From positions 1 to 15,884 of the forward strand of contig JBHHXN010000121.1 in the NCBI GenBank assembly GCA_046757025.1: DNA of 15,884 nt. The letters run 5' to 3'. Both the position numbers and the translations under genes were made by a program. How positions within the stretch are numbered: position 1 is the first letter of the stretch; every line of letters starts with the position of its first letter. Of the stretch, positions 1 through 9,112 are shown in pieces. Below the pieces are notes generated by a model that made no database searches, was not told the origin of the DNA, and was given only the letters and a program-made list of their open reading frames with translations. The DNA is from a bacterium (GTDB taxonomy: Bacteria > Zhuqueibacterota > Zhuqueibacteria > Oceanimicrobiales > Oceanimicrobiaceae).

Positions 1-2024
1 TTGGCCACGGAGCTGTTATCCACGAGCTCATCGAACACAAAAGTCATTACCTCGTCGATGGCAAAATTGGTTTCCTGTGATTTAAAGTCGGGAAAACTAA
101 ATATCAATTGCGGGCCGGTGATGTCCTGTGCCAGGGTGTGGAAACGCAGCTCAAAATCGTCGCCGCTCACGCCGTCGCCGTTGCCATCCAGGGCTTTGCC
201 GTTGATGTCCGTCACGTCGGCGGCCACGGTTAGGGTGTATTCTGTGGCATATTCAAAAGCCCCGGCTGTCAATATGGTGACGGTTTTTTGATCATCCGAC
301 CAATTGAGCTTGTTCACCGTTAAAGCAGGTGCCAATGCCACCGCACCCAGAAAGGAGTTGGTATCCATGGTTTTCGAAAAGGTTAGAGAAATAGGCTGAT
401 TTACCGGAATGGTATCCCCCACGGCCGGTGAAGTCAACAGAATTTGCGGTGCGAACGAGGGAATGGAGTCGGAAACCGCGCTGTTTGAAAGCGTGGATTC
501 GTTCCAGAAACGATCAAAGGCCGTGGCAAAATAGTGGTACTTTCCGTTAAAATCCTGTGTGCCCGCAAAGGCGTCGGTAAATGAATACGGCGTGCTGCCA
601 AAATGAATATCGATGATTTCGTCGCTGTCGGCTCTGAGCACGTCGTTTGGGGAGCGGTAAATGGCAAACCAGTGGTCGGTGGTGATGGATGCAGCAGGTG
701 TGACCGTGACCTGGTAACGCAGGGAATCGATTTTTGTTAGCTGGAACGTGGGGGGCGACGGCGCAGTATCGTCTATGAGCCGGGTTGCGCGGATTTTGGT
801 TTTTTGCTTGAAAAACAGCGATTTCGCCGTATCCCAGTATTTTCGATCTTGCCAGGATTTTTGACTGAAAAATTGCAAGCCGTCCACCCAGGAAACCTGT
901 CGGACTCTTTCCACAATAGACTGGTGGCGGTTGAAAATATTTCGATCAGAAAAGCTGTCTGAGAAGAGACCGACGGAATAGAGCTGGCCGGCCTGAATGG
1001 CGGGCTGAATGAATTGGCTCCAGCAATTGGGGCAGCCGCCCACCAGCACGCTGTAAAAATCCTGCGGTACGCTCCAGTGGTAGTGCATACCGATGAGCTG
1101 ATCGATGTAGCGTTCGTTGAGCCAGAGCGCGGCGTCCTGATAGACCACGTCAAATCCTTGCCAGCCGCCCCAATTGTAGCGGCCCAGCGCGGCCGGCGAC
1201 AGCCGAACCCACGGTTTCACCGCTTGAATGGAATCGTGCACCGCGCGCACAAATTCCGTAACCGACCAGCGCCACCACTCAGGCCAGGAATTAAAGCCAG
1301 CAGGCACCCCTGCGCTGAAAGGGTGGTTCACATCGTACAAAAATCGCCCCGCCGCGTTGTTTTGCAGCTCCTCTAGCTGTGCAGCGGTGATGAAACCGTC
1401 TGGCAAATCTCGCTCCATATTCTGTTTGGCCAGGGCCAGTGAGTGGCTGGAGCTGGTGTGCTCGCTCCAGCGCACAAAATCCAGATGCAGCCCGTCGATG
1501 TCGTAATTGTTGACGATTTCCAAAGCGATGTTTTTCAGGTAGTCGCGTACGTCGGCCAGGCCCGGAGAAAGCCAGGCCAGGTCCTGGGGCATGGGCGTGC
1601 CGGCTTGATCGCGGGCGATCCAGTTTGGATGGCGCTGAGCCGGCGAGCCGGCATACGCGTGCCGGCTTTCGAAAACATTCATCCAGGCGTGAAACTCCAG
1701 GCCGCGCGCGTGCGCCTGTTCCAGGGCGTAAGCCAGCGGATCGTAACCGGGCTCGCTGAAACCGGTTTGCGGGCCCCAGGGCTCGATATTGGATTTGTAA
1801 TACACGGTTCCGAAGCGGCGCACCTGCCACAAAACCGACGTCATGTTGGCTTTTTGGTGGTTGTCTAATATTTCGCGGATGAGCGCTTTGTTTTCACTTT
1901 CGCTGTCGCCAGCAGTCAGCCACTGGCTGTCCACCACCCAGATGGCACGAAACTCCTGATTGCTTTGCGCCAGCAGGGAGGATGTGAAAATAAGAGATAA
2001 CAAAAAGAGAGCGAAAGATTTCAT
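1..2024 (-). CDS. Secreted family-10-like glycosyl hydrolase (GHL10/DUF187, YddW/DigH-like) with FN3-like and Big_5/SbsA-type Ig-like domains; 3' end lies outside the window (>=674 aa)
   Basis: Translated by hand; it is missing from the ORF track because there is no stop in the window. AGGAG lies 6 nt before ATG at 2024. Signal peptide MKSFALFLLSLIFTSSLLAQ. GHL10 motifs EFRAIWVV, WQVRRFG, YDPLAYALEQAHARGLEFHAWMN and EIVNNYDIDGLHLDFVRW. Then ATAFDRFWNES (FN3-like end) and Ig-like ISLTFSKTMD...YTLTVAADVTDINGKALDGNGDG. Confidence 0.88.
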   Translation of the reverse strand, partial: MKSFALFLLSLIFTSSLLAQSNQEFRAIWVVDSQWLTAGDSESENKALIREILDNHQKANMTSVLWQVRRFGTVYYKSNIEPWGPQTGFSEPGYDPLAYALEQAHARGLEFHAWMNVFESRHAYAGSPAQRHPNWIARDQAGTPMPQDLAWLSPGLADVRDYLKNIALEIVNNYDIDGLHLDFVRWSEHTSSSHSLALAKQNMERDLPDGFITAAQLEELQNNAAGRFLYDVNHPFSAGVPAGFNSWPEWWRWSVTEFVRAVHDSIQAVKPWVRLSPAALGRYNWGGWQGFDVVYQDAALWLNERYIDQLIGMHYHWSVPQDFYSVLVGGCPNCWSQFIQPAIQAGQLYSVGLFSDSFSDRNIFNRHQSIVERVRQVSWVDGLQFFSQKSWQDRKYWDTAKSLFFKQKTKIRATRLIDDTAPSPPTFQLTKIDSLRYQVTVTPAASITTDHWFAIYRSPNDVLRADSDEIIDIHFGSTPYSFTDAFAGTQDFNGKYHYFATAFDRFWNESTLSNSAVSDSIPSFAPQILLTSPAVGDTIPVNQPISLTFSKTMDTNSFLGAVALAPALTVNKLNWSDDQKTVTILTAGAFEYATEYTLTVAADVTDINGKALDGNGDGVSGDDFELRFHTLAQDITGPQLIFSFPDFKSQETNFAIDEVMTFVFDELVDNSSVA

Positions 2025-2117
2025 GGCTGGCTCCTGTGATTACGATGATTAGATATTTCGATTGGAATAAAAACATCGGATTCGTCTAAAAATAAGAGTT
2101 GCTGAATTTTCGGTGTA

Positions 2118-2146
2118 AGTTTAACCATTTTTGTAAACAAAATCAA
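2118..2146 (-). promoter_or_regulatory. Putative sigma70-type promoter for the GHL10 gene, with a palindrome (TTTTGT-N2-ACAAAA, 2129-2142) in the spacer
   Basis: Minus strand reads TTGATT-17 bp-TAAACT, about 95 nt upstream of the ATG at 2024. Confidence 0.5.
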
Positions 2147-2464
2147 TGATCACGGCAGTCCACCAACTGCGCCGGAATAACTGGCACCGTCCTGTGCGGG
2201 CAAATAATAGTTTGAGTGAGGAGCACGTTCAGGGCCCATTCGTTTCAAGTTCAAGATTTTTGACATAGATGGCGCCTTTTTTACTGCCATTAGACCAAAA
2301 CCGTCCCAGCGTTTCTTCATACTCGCTGGGTTCTTTCGTTGTTTTTGTAACGAATTCTTTGAGGCACTCAACTTGCTCAATTTTAAACGGTGTGGTTCAT
2401 TTAAGACATCAGCCAAAAGCCCTGATGGTCCGCCCGTCGGTAGCAGGCTACATGTTTGGCCGCA

Positions 2465-2499
2465 TAAACAAAAGGCCGCTGATCATTTCAACGGCCTTT
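2465..2499 (-). terminator. Rho-independent terminator ending the TonB-receptor operon
   Basis: Minus strand AAAGGCCGTTGA-aatga-TCAGCGGCCTTT followed by TGTTTA (12-bp stem with one G-U pair), about 35 nt after the stop at 2533. Confidence 0.8.
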
Positions 2500-2532
2500 C
2501 AAAACGATTTTGCCTCAATTTGCCGGCATGAA

Positions 2533-4536
2533 TTACTTCATGAAAGTCATTCTTTTAGTAAGTACTTTGCCATCCACGGAGAGTTTGTAGTAATAGACTC
2601 CGGAGGCAATATTTGAAGCGTCAAAAGTCACCAGGTGTCTGCCGGCCGTGAGCACTTTCTGATCGTAAATGGCGGCGACCTCCTGACCCAAGACGTTGTA
2701 GATTTTCAAATCCACTTTGCCGGTTTTCGCAATCTTAAAGGAAATGTTCGTGGACGGATTAAAGGGATTTGGGTAGTTTTGTTCCAGCACATAGCCATCG
2801 GGAGTGGGCGTGTGTCTTTCGGTGACGCTGACGGCTTTTTTCACAAATCTCGCCAGGCGGTTGCCGTTGAAATAGGTGGCGTACGCGGTATCGCCGGTGG
2901 CGCTAAATGCCACGCCCCGAGGACCGTTGCCCACGCCTGCGGCAATTTCAGGAGAAGGCGCAAACTTGTATTCCATTTTAGCGAAATCGAGCACCACAAA
3001 ACCGTTGGGATCGTTGTTGCCGGCGGCATAGGCGTTGTCGGAAGAAACCCACAGCGTACTGTCCGGACCCCAGTCCATGGTAGTGCGTTGCGTCAGAAAG
3101 ATAGGCTTACCCTCGGTGTTGTTTTTGATGCTGTCGGTTTTGGTGTAGGTGATGAGATCCGTGGAAGTCCATTTATACACCGGTCCGCCGCTGGCGCCCA
3201 GATCCGGCGTGAAAATGGTTTTACCGTCGGCGGTGACTTCCAAACCGCGACCGAAACTCGGTGCGCCATCCAGATTGATGGTCTGGATTTCCGTGAACAA
3301 ATTCGGATCCAGAACCGTGATGGGATTTATACCAACCACCAGACCGACATAAATGTTTCCATCTTGATCCACGGCCGGTTTCAACAAGCTGCCGCCGCCT
3401 TTCCAATAGGCCAAGCCTTCGCCGGTTTCCACATTGATTTTAAAGAAGTCGCCGGCAGAGCGCGCAAACAGGATGTTGCCGTCTTTGTCCACCCCCAATC
3501 CTCGACATTGTCGGGTTGTGATGGTGGTGGCGCCCACGGTGATGCTGTCGATGGGTGAAAAGGCTGCTTCCACGCCATCAGGGGAGACCACTCGCAAATG
3601 GCCGCCGGTATTGAAATTGCCGATCCATATCCGGTTGAATTTATCCACTACGATGCCGTGTCCGCCGCTGACAAGTGTGTCCGCGCCCACAAAGTCATCG
3701 AATTCATACTCGGATAGGCCGGCATCGGTCCAGGGGCCGGCTTCACCAGGCGTAATGTCCTCGAAGGTCACGACTTCCCCATCCGCTTTGGCCGCAAATA
3801 GCCCAAGTTTGGACGCGCTTTCGTTGTTGGCGGGATTTTGAAATCCCGAAGTAAACACCACCGCCGACATGCCCGCGTAGCCGGACATATCCGCTTCGAA
3901 ACGGCCAATGAGGGTCGCATTGTCGTCGCCGGGCGTGACGTCGAATGTATGCACCCCCGGGTCCACAGCCATGTAAGCTGTGGACTGGCCATAATTGATG
4001 TCGTCCACTAATGGCGTTGTATTCTCATTCATCAGGATGTCCAGCAGCAAGGCATCGGTGGAACCGTGAACAATAGAGAATTCAACTTTAGCCGGATCGG
4101 TTGCGGTTTCAAGCGCATTCGGAATGGTGAGTAAGGTCATGGAAATGTCGCGGTTTCCCGGATCCGGATTGGCGTATTTGCCTTCGCCAACATTGGTATT
4201 GGTGATGCCGCTGATCAGGCCCACATAGCTCACGCCGGCGTCCAGGGTGACGGACACGGTGGTGGATGTGTCTTTATCCGCACCAATGGTGGCCACAAAG
4301 TTGAAATCGTAAAATCCCGGTGCATAGTCGGTAAACGGGGTGGCTTTTTGAAAAGCCAGCGTGTCCACGGGGGCGCCATTCACCAGGACTTCGAGATTAG
4401 CGGCATCGATATCCCCGGAATTATGTATCAATTGCAGGCGGGCATTTTGAGCGAAAACGGACACCGCCATGAAAAGTGTGACGACTAATGCAATTAATAC
4501 AACTGAAAATTTCTGTTGGTAACATATTCCTTTCAT
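2533..4536 (-). CDS. Secreted protein with N-terminal DUF4397-like repeats, a central beta-propeller-like region and a C-terminal T9SS type-A sorting domain
   Basis: Start moved from 4602 to ATG 4536 because GGAGG lies upstream and a signal peptide ends in SVFA-Q. DUF4397-like ARLQLIHNS and FSIVHGSTDA. Propeller-like repeats HGIVVDKFNRIWIG, RGLGVDKDGNI, RGLEVTADG and RGVAFSATG. CTD LEQNYPNPFNPSTNISF...IYNVLGQEV...SGVYYYKL...TKRMTFMK. Confidence 0.85.
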   Translation of the reverse strand: MKGICYQQKFSVVLIALVVTLFMAVSVFAQNARLQLIHNSGDIDAANLEVLVNGAPVDTLAFQKATPFTDYAPGFYDFNFVATIGADKDTSTTVSVTLDAGVSYVGLISGITNTNVGEGKYANPDPGNRDISMTLLTIPNALETATDPAKVEFSIVHGSTDALLLDILMNENTTPLVDDINYGQSTAYMAVDPGVHTFDVTPGDDNATLIGRFEADMSGYAGMSAVVFTSGFQNPANNESASKLGLFAAKADGEVVTFEDITPGEAGPWTDAGLSEYEFDDFVGADTLVSGGHGIVVDKFNRIWIGNFNTGGHLRVVSPDGVEAAFSPIDSITVGATTITTRQCRGLGVDKDGNILFARSAGDFFKINVETGEGLAYWKGGGSLLKPAVDQDGNIYVGLVVGINPITVLDPNLFTEIQTINLDGAPSFGRGLEVTADGKTIFTPDLGASGGPVYKWTSTDLITYTKTDSIKNNTEGKPIFLTQRTTMDWGPDSTLWVSSDNAYAAGNNDPNGFVVLDFAKMEYKFAPSPEIAAGVGNGPRGVAFSATGDTAYATYFNGNRLARFVKKAVSVTERHTPTPDGYVLEQNYPNPFNPSTNISFKIAKTGKVDLKIYNVLGQEVAAIYDQKVLTAGRHLVTFDASNIASGVYYYKLSVDGKVLTKRMTFMK

Positions 4537-4678
4537 AAATAATCCCTCCGAAGTTAGGTATTTCAAATTGTGAAACGTTAATTGATTAGATACACGAGTC
4601 ACACATCACACCAATTTTTTACATAAGCTTTTACCTCCATTTTTTGTTCGACCAAACCATTAGAATGACAGAATTATT

Positions 4679-5917
4679 TTATCGGCCATAATACGGCGCA
4701 CCGTTTTTATCCATGCTGATTTTATATATCTGCGAGAAGTCGAAGGTGTTGGGGGTTTCCTCCGATTCGCGTTGACGGACCGCAAACAGGGTTGGACCCT
4801 CTGCCCAGCTGAGAGCGTAAATTTGTGGTAAAAATAAACCAGGGTAAAGCGGTTCGATGCCGCCGTCCGCGTGCAGAATCAAAATGCCGTTGGCATGAGT
4901 GGTGCCTAGAATCATGTCGCCGTCTTCGGCAAACGTCAGGCAAAGCACGTGTTCGCCGTTCAAAAAGCCGTTGCTGGCCACGTCAAGCACCACTTCCGGG
5001 GCGCTGACATTTTCGCCTTGCATTTGCACGCGCCAGATTTTTTCTTCCCCGGTATTGGTGTCTATGCCGCCCACGTAAACAAAATTGTTGAAGATTCTGA
5101 CCGTCAACAAACGGTTTACAGGAAAGGTTGCCATTTCCTGCACGGATTTATCCGGTTTTACCAGCACCAGTTTGGAACCGCCCACTATCCACAGGTTGTC
5201 ACCGCTGTCGAAATCCAGGTCCTGCGGCCGAATGGGTGGAGACACGTAGACAGCCTCGCTGCCGTCCGCGGCATAGGTGTTGATGCGGCGCAAACGGCCG
5301 GTGGGGGCGACAAACAGCAGGTTGTCCGGGCCCATTTTCATGTTGTTGACGACGATGGCATTCAAAAAAGGGGTGGCAGCATAAGTGGTGGCGCCGTTTG
5401 CTGTCATCACTTTGATTTCGTTGCTTCTTGATTGTACAAAAGTAAAGACGTTGCCTGAGACATCCGAAGCGATACCGTAAGCGATATCGCCTTCGAAAAT
5501 TTTACCAAAATCGCTCACCGCGGGAATCAATTTGTAAGTGGCCGGCTCGCTGAACAATTCGGCGCCGTGCACGGCGATTCGAATAACAATCCCATCCCCG
5601 ATGAGATTGGGCGTCTTTACGGTGAGCTGCGTGTTAGTGGCAGCGACGACCTCGGCCCGGACTTCGTTGAAAAACACCAGATTTTCCGCCGGTGTGGTTG
5701 AGAAGTTTTCGCCGTTGATCACCACCTGCCCAACGCCGGCAAACGCACTGTCCGCTGGCACAATGGACGTGATCACCGGTGTCGGCTTTCCTTGTTCATT
5801 GGGGTCAAAAAGACTCGGCGCGGGTTCTTCAGCGCAATTTTGAAATTGAATTCCCCAAAATAACAAAATAATTAAAAGAGGTCTTATTTTTTTAAGCATG
5901 ATTGATTGGTTTCTCAT
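4679..5917 (-). CDS. IPT/TIG-domain lipoprotein with a C-terminal beta-propeller-like region
   Basis: Basic and hydrophobic leader ending FQN-C (probable lipobox Cys). IPT/TIG motif PVITSIVP...VVINGENFS...NLVFFN...ATNTQLTVKTP, then propeller-like repeats. Start is uncertain (ATG 5917 or 5899). Confidence 0.8.
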   Translation of the reverse strand: MRNQSIMLKKIRPLLIILLFWGIQFQNCAEEPAPSLFDPNEQGKPTPVITSIVPADSAFAGVGQVVINGENFSTTPAENLVFFNEVRAEVVAATNTQLTVKTPNLIGDGIVIRIAVHGAELFSEPATYKLIPAVSDFGKIFEGDIAYGIASDVSGNVFTFVQSRSNEIKVMTANGATTYAATPFLNAIVVNNMKMGPDNLLFVAPTGRLRRINTYAADGSEAVYVSPPIRPQDLDFDSGDNLWIVGGSKLVLVKPDKSVQEMATFPVNRLLTVRIFNNFVYVGGIDTNTGEEKIWRVQMQGENVSAPEVVLDVASNGFLNGEHVLCLTFAEDGDMILGTTHANGILILHADGGIEPLYPGLFLPQIYALSWAEGPTLFAVRQRESEETPNTFDFSQIYKISMDKNGAPYYGR

Positions 5918-5956
5918 TTGCAATTTGCCAGTTCAATATAATGGGTTTATTTCAAA

Positions 5957-6955
5957 TCAAAATCCAAATTTGACTGAAAAGCGATGCACATCTTTGAAAA
6001 CGTCAAAGGGTGTGTACGAGTAATCCAGTTTGACCTTTTTGGTGGTCACGCCAAATCCCGTGGTGATGCCATAGTCGTCCTGATTATAGACGTACCCTCC
6101 CCTCAAGGCAATCCGGTTCATAAATTTGTATTCGGTACCCACCGAGAAATATTCTGAGAACGCGCGTGGATTTATGGCCTCCACCGAAATGAGCCACGAT
6201 TGGTTATCGGATTGGGCGCCCAGGAGATCAAACGCGTTGATGGAGAAACCGATTTTGAAAGTCAACGGTAGTTGAAATCCTTCCCGAACGAATTTGATTT
6301 CTTGCGAAAAATTACGCAGGGTCATGCCAAAGGTCAGGCTTTTGAAGCCGGTTTTGTAGATGGTGCCGAAATCGAATGCAATAGCGTCGGTGGAAAAATC
6401 GATTTTGGTTTGGGTGGAATCGGTTTCTGGCACAAACGGCTCCCCAAGAGATTGATTGACGTATTTAACATGCCCTCCCACTGAAAAACGATCGGTGATG
6501 GCTTTGGCGTAGCCGAGTCCCACGGCTACCGCGCTAGGTGAGATATTGCCGGTTTCGATGAATCCCTGCTCATTGGCAGCCACCACGGTACCGATGATGT
6601 CGCCGTAATCGACGAACATAAAGCTCAATCCAAAAGTGCCGTATTGTCCCTGGTTGGGATTGATAGACAGGGCGCCGCTGAAATAATTGATGTCCGCGAT
6701 CCATTGCATGTGATTGGCTGAAAATTGTAAAAAGGGTTCCAGCACCGCCATGCCGGCGGGATTGTAAAACATGGCCATCGGTGAGCCGGACACGGTGGTG
6801 AAAGCCTCGCCCATGGCGGTGGCGCGGGCGTCTGTGCCCACGCTCAGAAACTGAAAACCCGTTTGGGCAAGCTTTTCCTGGGAGCGGCCCGAAGAAGCGA
6901 AGACCAAACCTATCAGAGCAACCGCTATGGTAAAAATGAATTTCGAATTTTTCAT
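5957..6955 (-). CDS. PorV/PorQ-family (FadL-like) outer-membrane beta-barrel protein
   Basis: Signature FLSVGTDARATAMGEAF...AMFYNPAGMA, alternating barrel strands and a C-terminal HRFSVKFGF. ATG 6955 has GGAG 8 nt upstream. Confidence 0.87.
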   Translation of the reverse strand: MKNSKFIFTIAVALIGLVFASSGRSQEKLAQTGFQFLSVGTDARATAMGEAFTTVSGSPMAMFYNPAGMAVLEPFLQFSANHMQWIADINYFSGALSINPNQGQYGTFGLSFMFVDYGDIIGTVVAANEQGFIETGNISPSAVAVGLGYAKAITDRFSVGGHVKYVNQSLGEPFVPETDSTQTKIDFSTDAIAFDFGTIYKTGFKSLTFGMTLRNFSQEIKFVREGFQLPLTFKIGFSINAFDLLGAQSDNQSWLISVEAINPRAFSEYFSVGTEYKFMNRIALRGGYVYNQDDYGITTGFGVTTKKVKLDYSYTPFDVFKDVHRFSVKFGF

Positions 6956-6976
6956 CTGCAAATCTCCATAAGGAAC

Positions 6977-9112
6977 TTAGCGTATGATCATAAATTTTTG
7001 CAAGCCGCGTTTGCCTTCCGGCGTTTGCACCACCGCGATGTAAACGCCGCTGACTACGATTTGGCCATGCTCGGTGGTGGAATTCCAGGATTCATCGCCG
7101 CTGCCATCGGTGTGCACGATGGTCTTGATGAGGTCGCCTCTTTCGGTGAAAATTTTGATAGTGCACTGGCCGGGGATATTCAGAAAAGTGATTTTATCCG
7201 ACTCGCCCGGATATTGAAAATTTCTGGCACGAATGTAAAAGGGATTGGGCACCACGCGAAATTCGTTCACGCTTTCAGCGGCCTGTCTTCTTAAAAAGGC
7301 CGGCTCCTGGGTGCGGGTCCAGAAAGTGCTGCTTTGCAGAATCCGCCCGTTGGCGTTGCCACCGTCGTCGAAGGAGACGATGTAGTAGTAGTAAGAGAAA
7401 CCGCGAATGGCGTCGGTATCGTCGAACGCGTTGACGATTTGCGGATGGTCGGTCCCCAACCCGCAGGCGAAGATTTCCGTGTAAAAAGTGTCTGGTTTGG
7501 CTTCCGCGCGGTACACGCGGTAGCCGGCAAATCCTGGCGCGTCTTCTGCGCTTGTGGACCAGCTTAATTGAATGCGATCCCCGCCGGAATTGACTTCAAA
7601 AATATCCGGCGGTGGCGGCGGCTGCGGCAAGTCAAAATCGGACTGAAAGTTTCGTCGGGCCAGACCAAAGGTTTTGAACAAGGAATCTTTTCCCGTCATC
7701 ACCCAGGCATTTTTGAATTCATCGCGATCGGTGGTGCTGCTGCCATCGGGTAGGGTAAAAGGACTGTGATCTTCGAGCCATTGCTTTCCTAGCTCGATAC
7801 AGCTCAGGCGGTCCAGGCCGTTCACGCCTTCGGCCACCACAATTCGAATGCTGTCGCCGGGCTGCAGCGTGTACGGACCGTAACCATTGCAATTCGAGAA
7901 GCCTCCTGGTGTGCCTTCCAGTTGATCCGGAAAGCCGTTGCCCACGATCTCGTCGTGTCGGGGTAAACGGTGGCCTTTGGTGATCCAACGCCATTCATCG
8001 GCCATGCGCGCCGGGTCGAACTGGTCGTTTGGCCGGGTGGGCGGATCGTCCGACTGCTCGTAAGTGGTAGTGGTGGGCTGCTGCGGGTCGTCGCTTTTAT
8101 CTGTGGCCGACTTGTCCGCATGCAAAGTGACCACGCCGATAAATTGCGGCGCCATAAACCGCCCGGTGCCAAAGCGGAAGTCCGGGGCGCCGATGAGATC
8201 AACCGTGGCTTGCGAGTGCCGGCCCATCCAAGAAAACTGGCAACGTAGCGAGTCGGCGTCGGTATCGCCGTTCAACCAATCTTCGTAATCGCCGCCGTAT
8301 TGGCTGCCGTCAGAAGTCTTGGCCTCGCCGCGGGTGCTAAGCATGGCGTTGATGCCCCATCGCGGGGAATTGAGATCGGTCATATCCGCGCCTTCCCGGC
8401 TTACGGCGTAGCGGTATTGGTAGAAGAAATAAACGTCTTCCAGCACTTGATCGGGTTTCTCGATTTCTTCGTCGAAATCCACGTTGCCGGTATTTTTAAA
8501 AATGTATTCTGAAACGAAATAATTGTCGTGATCCGGGTGCGTGAAGGCAAAAATTCGTCGGGTCATAGTGATGCCGATGGAAGTGTTCACCACGTTGTGA
8601 ATCACTCTATCGGACTTCTGTGTCGGGTCCACATCTTCGATGATGTCGTTAAACATCAGATCCGAGCCGGGCAGGCCGTCCACGAATACCTGCGGGTGAT
8701 CAAAGCGGCCGGTCATTTTAAATTCAATGGGAATGAATTCTCTCTCAGTGTCCCAGCCGCGCGGGCCGAGATGCACGACCTTAAATGGATAGTTCACCCC
8801 GCCGTACTGCTCGGCATCGGTGAAGTTGGTGGTGCCGATCCAGAGAGCTTTGGCCGCCACGTTGTCCACCATGTTGTCCGGGATGCTGTGAAACTGCGCC
8901 GGCCAGCGCATGCCATCCTGCTGGTCCGATTGCAGGTTGGTGCGGCCCACTTCGGGTTCGGCGCCGTCTTCACGAAACCAGCTATGAAGTGAGCCGACTT
9001 TGAACCATTTCACTCCCTGGGCCAGAACGACGGGTAAATTGGTTGTGAAGAAAACAACGATAATGGTGAGCCGCCAAAAACCATTTCTTAAATGAAACCG
9101 ATTTAATTTCAT
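6977..9112 (-). CDS. Secreted 711-aa protein: large N-terminal domain of unknown function, Pro linker, FN3-like domain and atypical T9SS-like C-terminal domain
   Basis: Signal peptide ending VVLA-Q and a PQPPPPPD linker. FN3-like RIQLSW...AGYRVYR...YYYYIVSFD. CTD-like FRVVPNPF...IKIFTERGDLIKTI...SGVYIAVV...KFMIIR. Confidence 0.8.
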   Translation of the reverse strand: MKLNRFHLRNGFWRLTIIVVFFTTNLPVVLAQGVKWFKVGSLHSWFREDGAEPEVGRTNLQSDQQDGMRWPAQFHSIPDNMVDNVAAKALWIGTTNFTDAEQYGGVNYPFKVVHLGPRGWDTEREFIPIEFKMTGRFDHPQVFVDGLPGSDLMFNDIIEDVDPTQKSDRVIHNVVNTSIGITMTRRIFAFTHPDHDNYFVSEYIFKNTGNVDFDEEIEKPDQVLEDVYFFYQYRYAVSREGADMTDLNSPRWGINAMLSTRGEAKTSDGSQYGGDYEDWLNGDTDADSLRCQFSWMGRHSQATVDLIGAPDFRFGTGRFMAPQFIGVVTLHADKSATDKSDDPQQPTTTTYEQSDDPPTRPNDQFDPARMADEWRWITKGHRLPRHDEIVGNGFPDQLEGTPGGFSNCNGYGPYTLQPGDSIRIVVAEGVNGLDRLSCIELGKQWLEDHSPFTLPDGSSTTDRDEFKNAWVMTGKDSLFKTFGLARRNFQSDFDLPQPPPPPDIFEVNSGGDRIQLSWSTSAEDAPGFAGYRVYRAEAKPDTFYTEIFACGLGTDHPQIVNAFDDTDAIRGFSYYYYIVSFDDGGNANGRILQSSTFWTRTQEPAFLRRQAAESVNEFRVVPNPFYIRARNFQYPGESDKITFLNIPGQCTIKIFTERGDLIKTIVHTDGSGDESWNSTTEHGQIVVSGVYIAVVQTPEGKRGLQKFMIIR

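Noticed and set aside
1..1868. ORF-track entries 1..291, 434..667, 773..1153, 1014..1376, 1228..1506, 1291..1830 and 1443..1868
   Set aside because: All are antisense or off-frame shadows of the long GHL10 gene and carry no recognisable motifs.
2150..2616. ORFs 2150..2416 (-) and 2269..2616 (+), a start-less protein-like frame 2229..2396 (-), and a 7-bp hairpin at 2305-2330
   Set aside because: No SD or good start and no recognisable family. The + ORF crosses the terminator and the upstream gene. A gene remnant is possible but cannot be supported without a search.
2635..3558. 307-aa plus-strand ORF
   Set aside because: It lies wholly antisense to the well-supported DUF4397/CTD gene and is a typical codon-bias shadow.
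4566..4583. AATTGTGAAACGTTAATT, resembling a LacI-family operator
   Set aside because: Only one half-site matches, there is no clear promoter nearby and no LacI gene is in the window.
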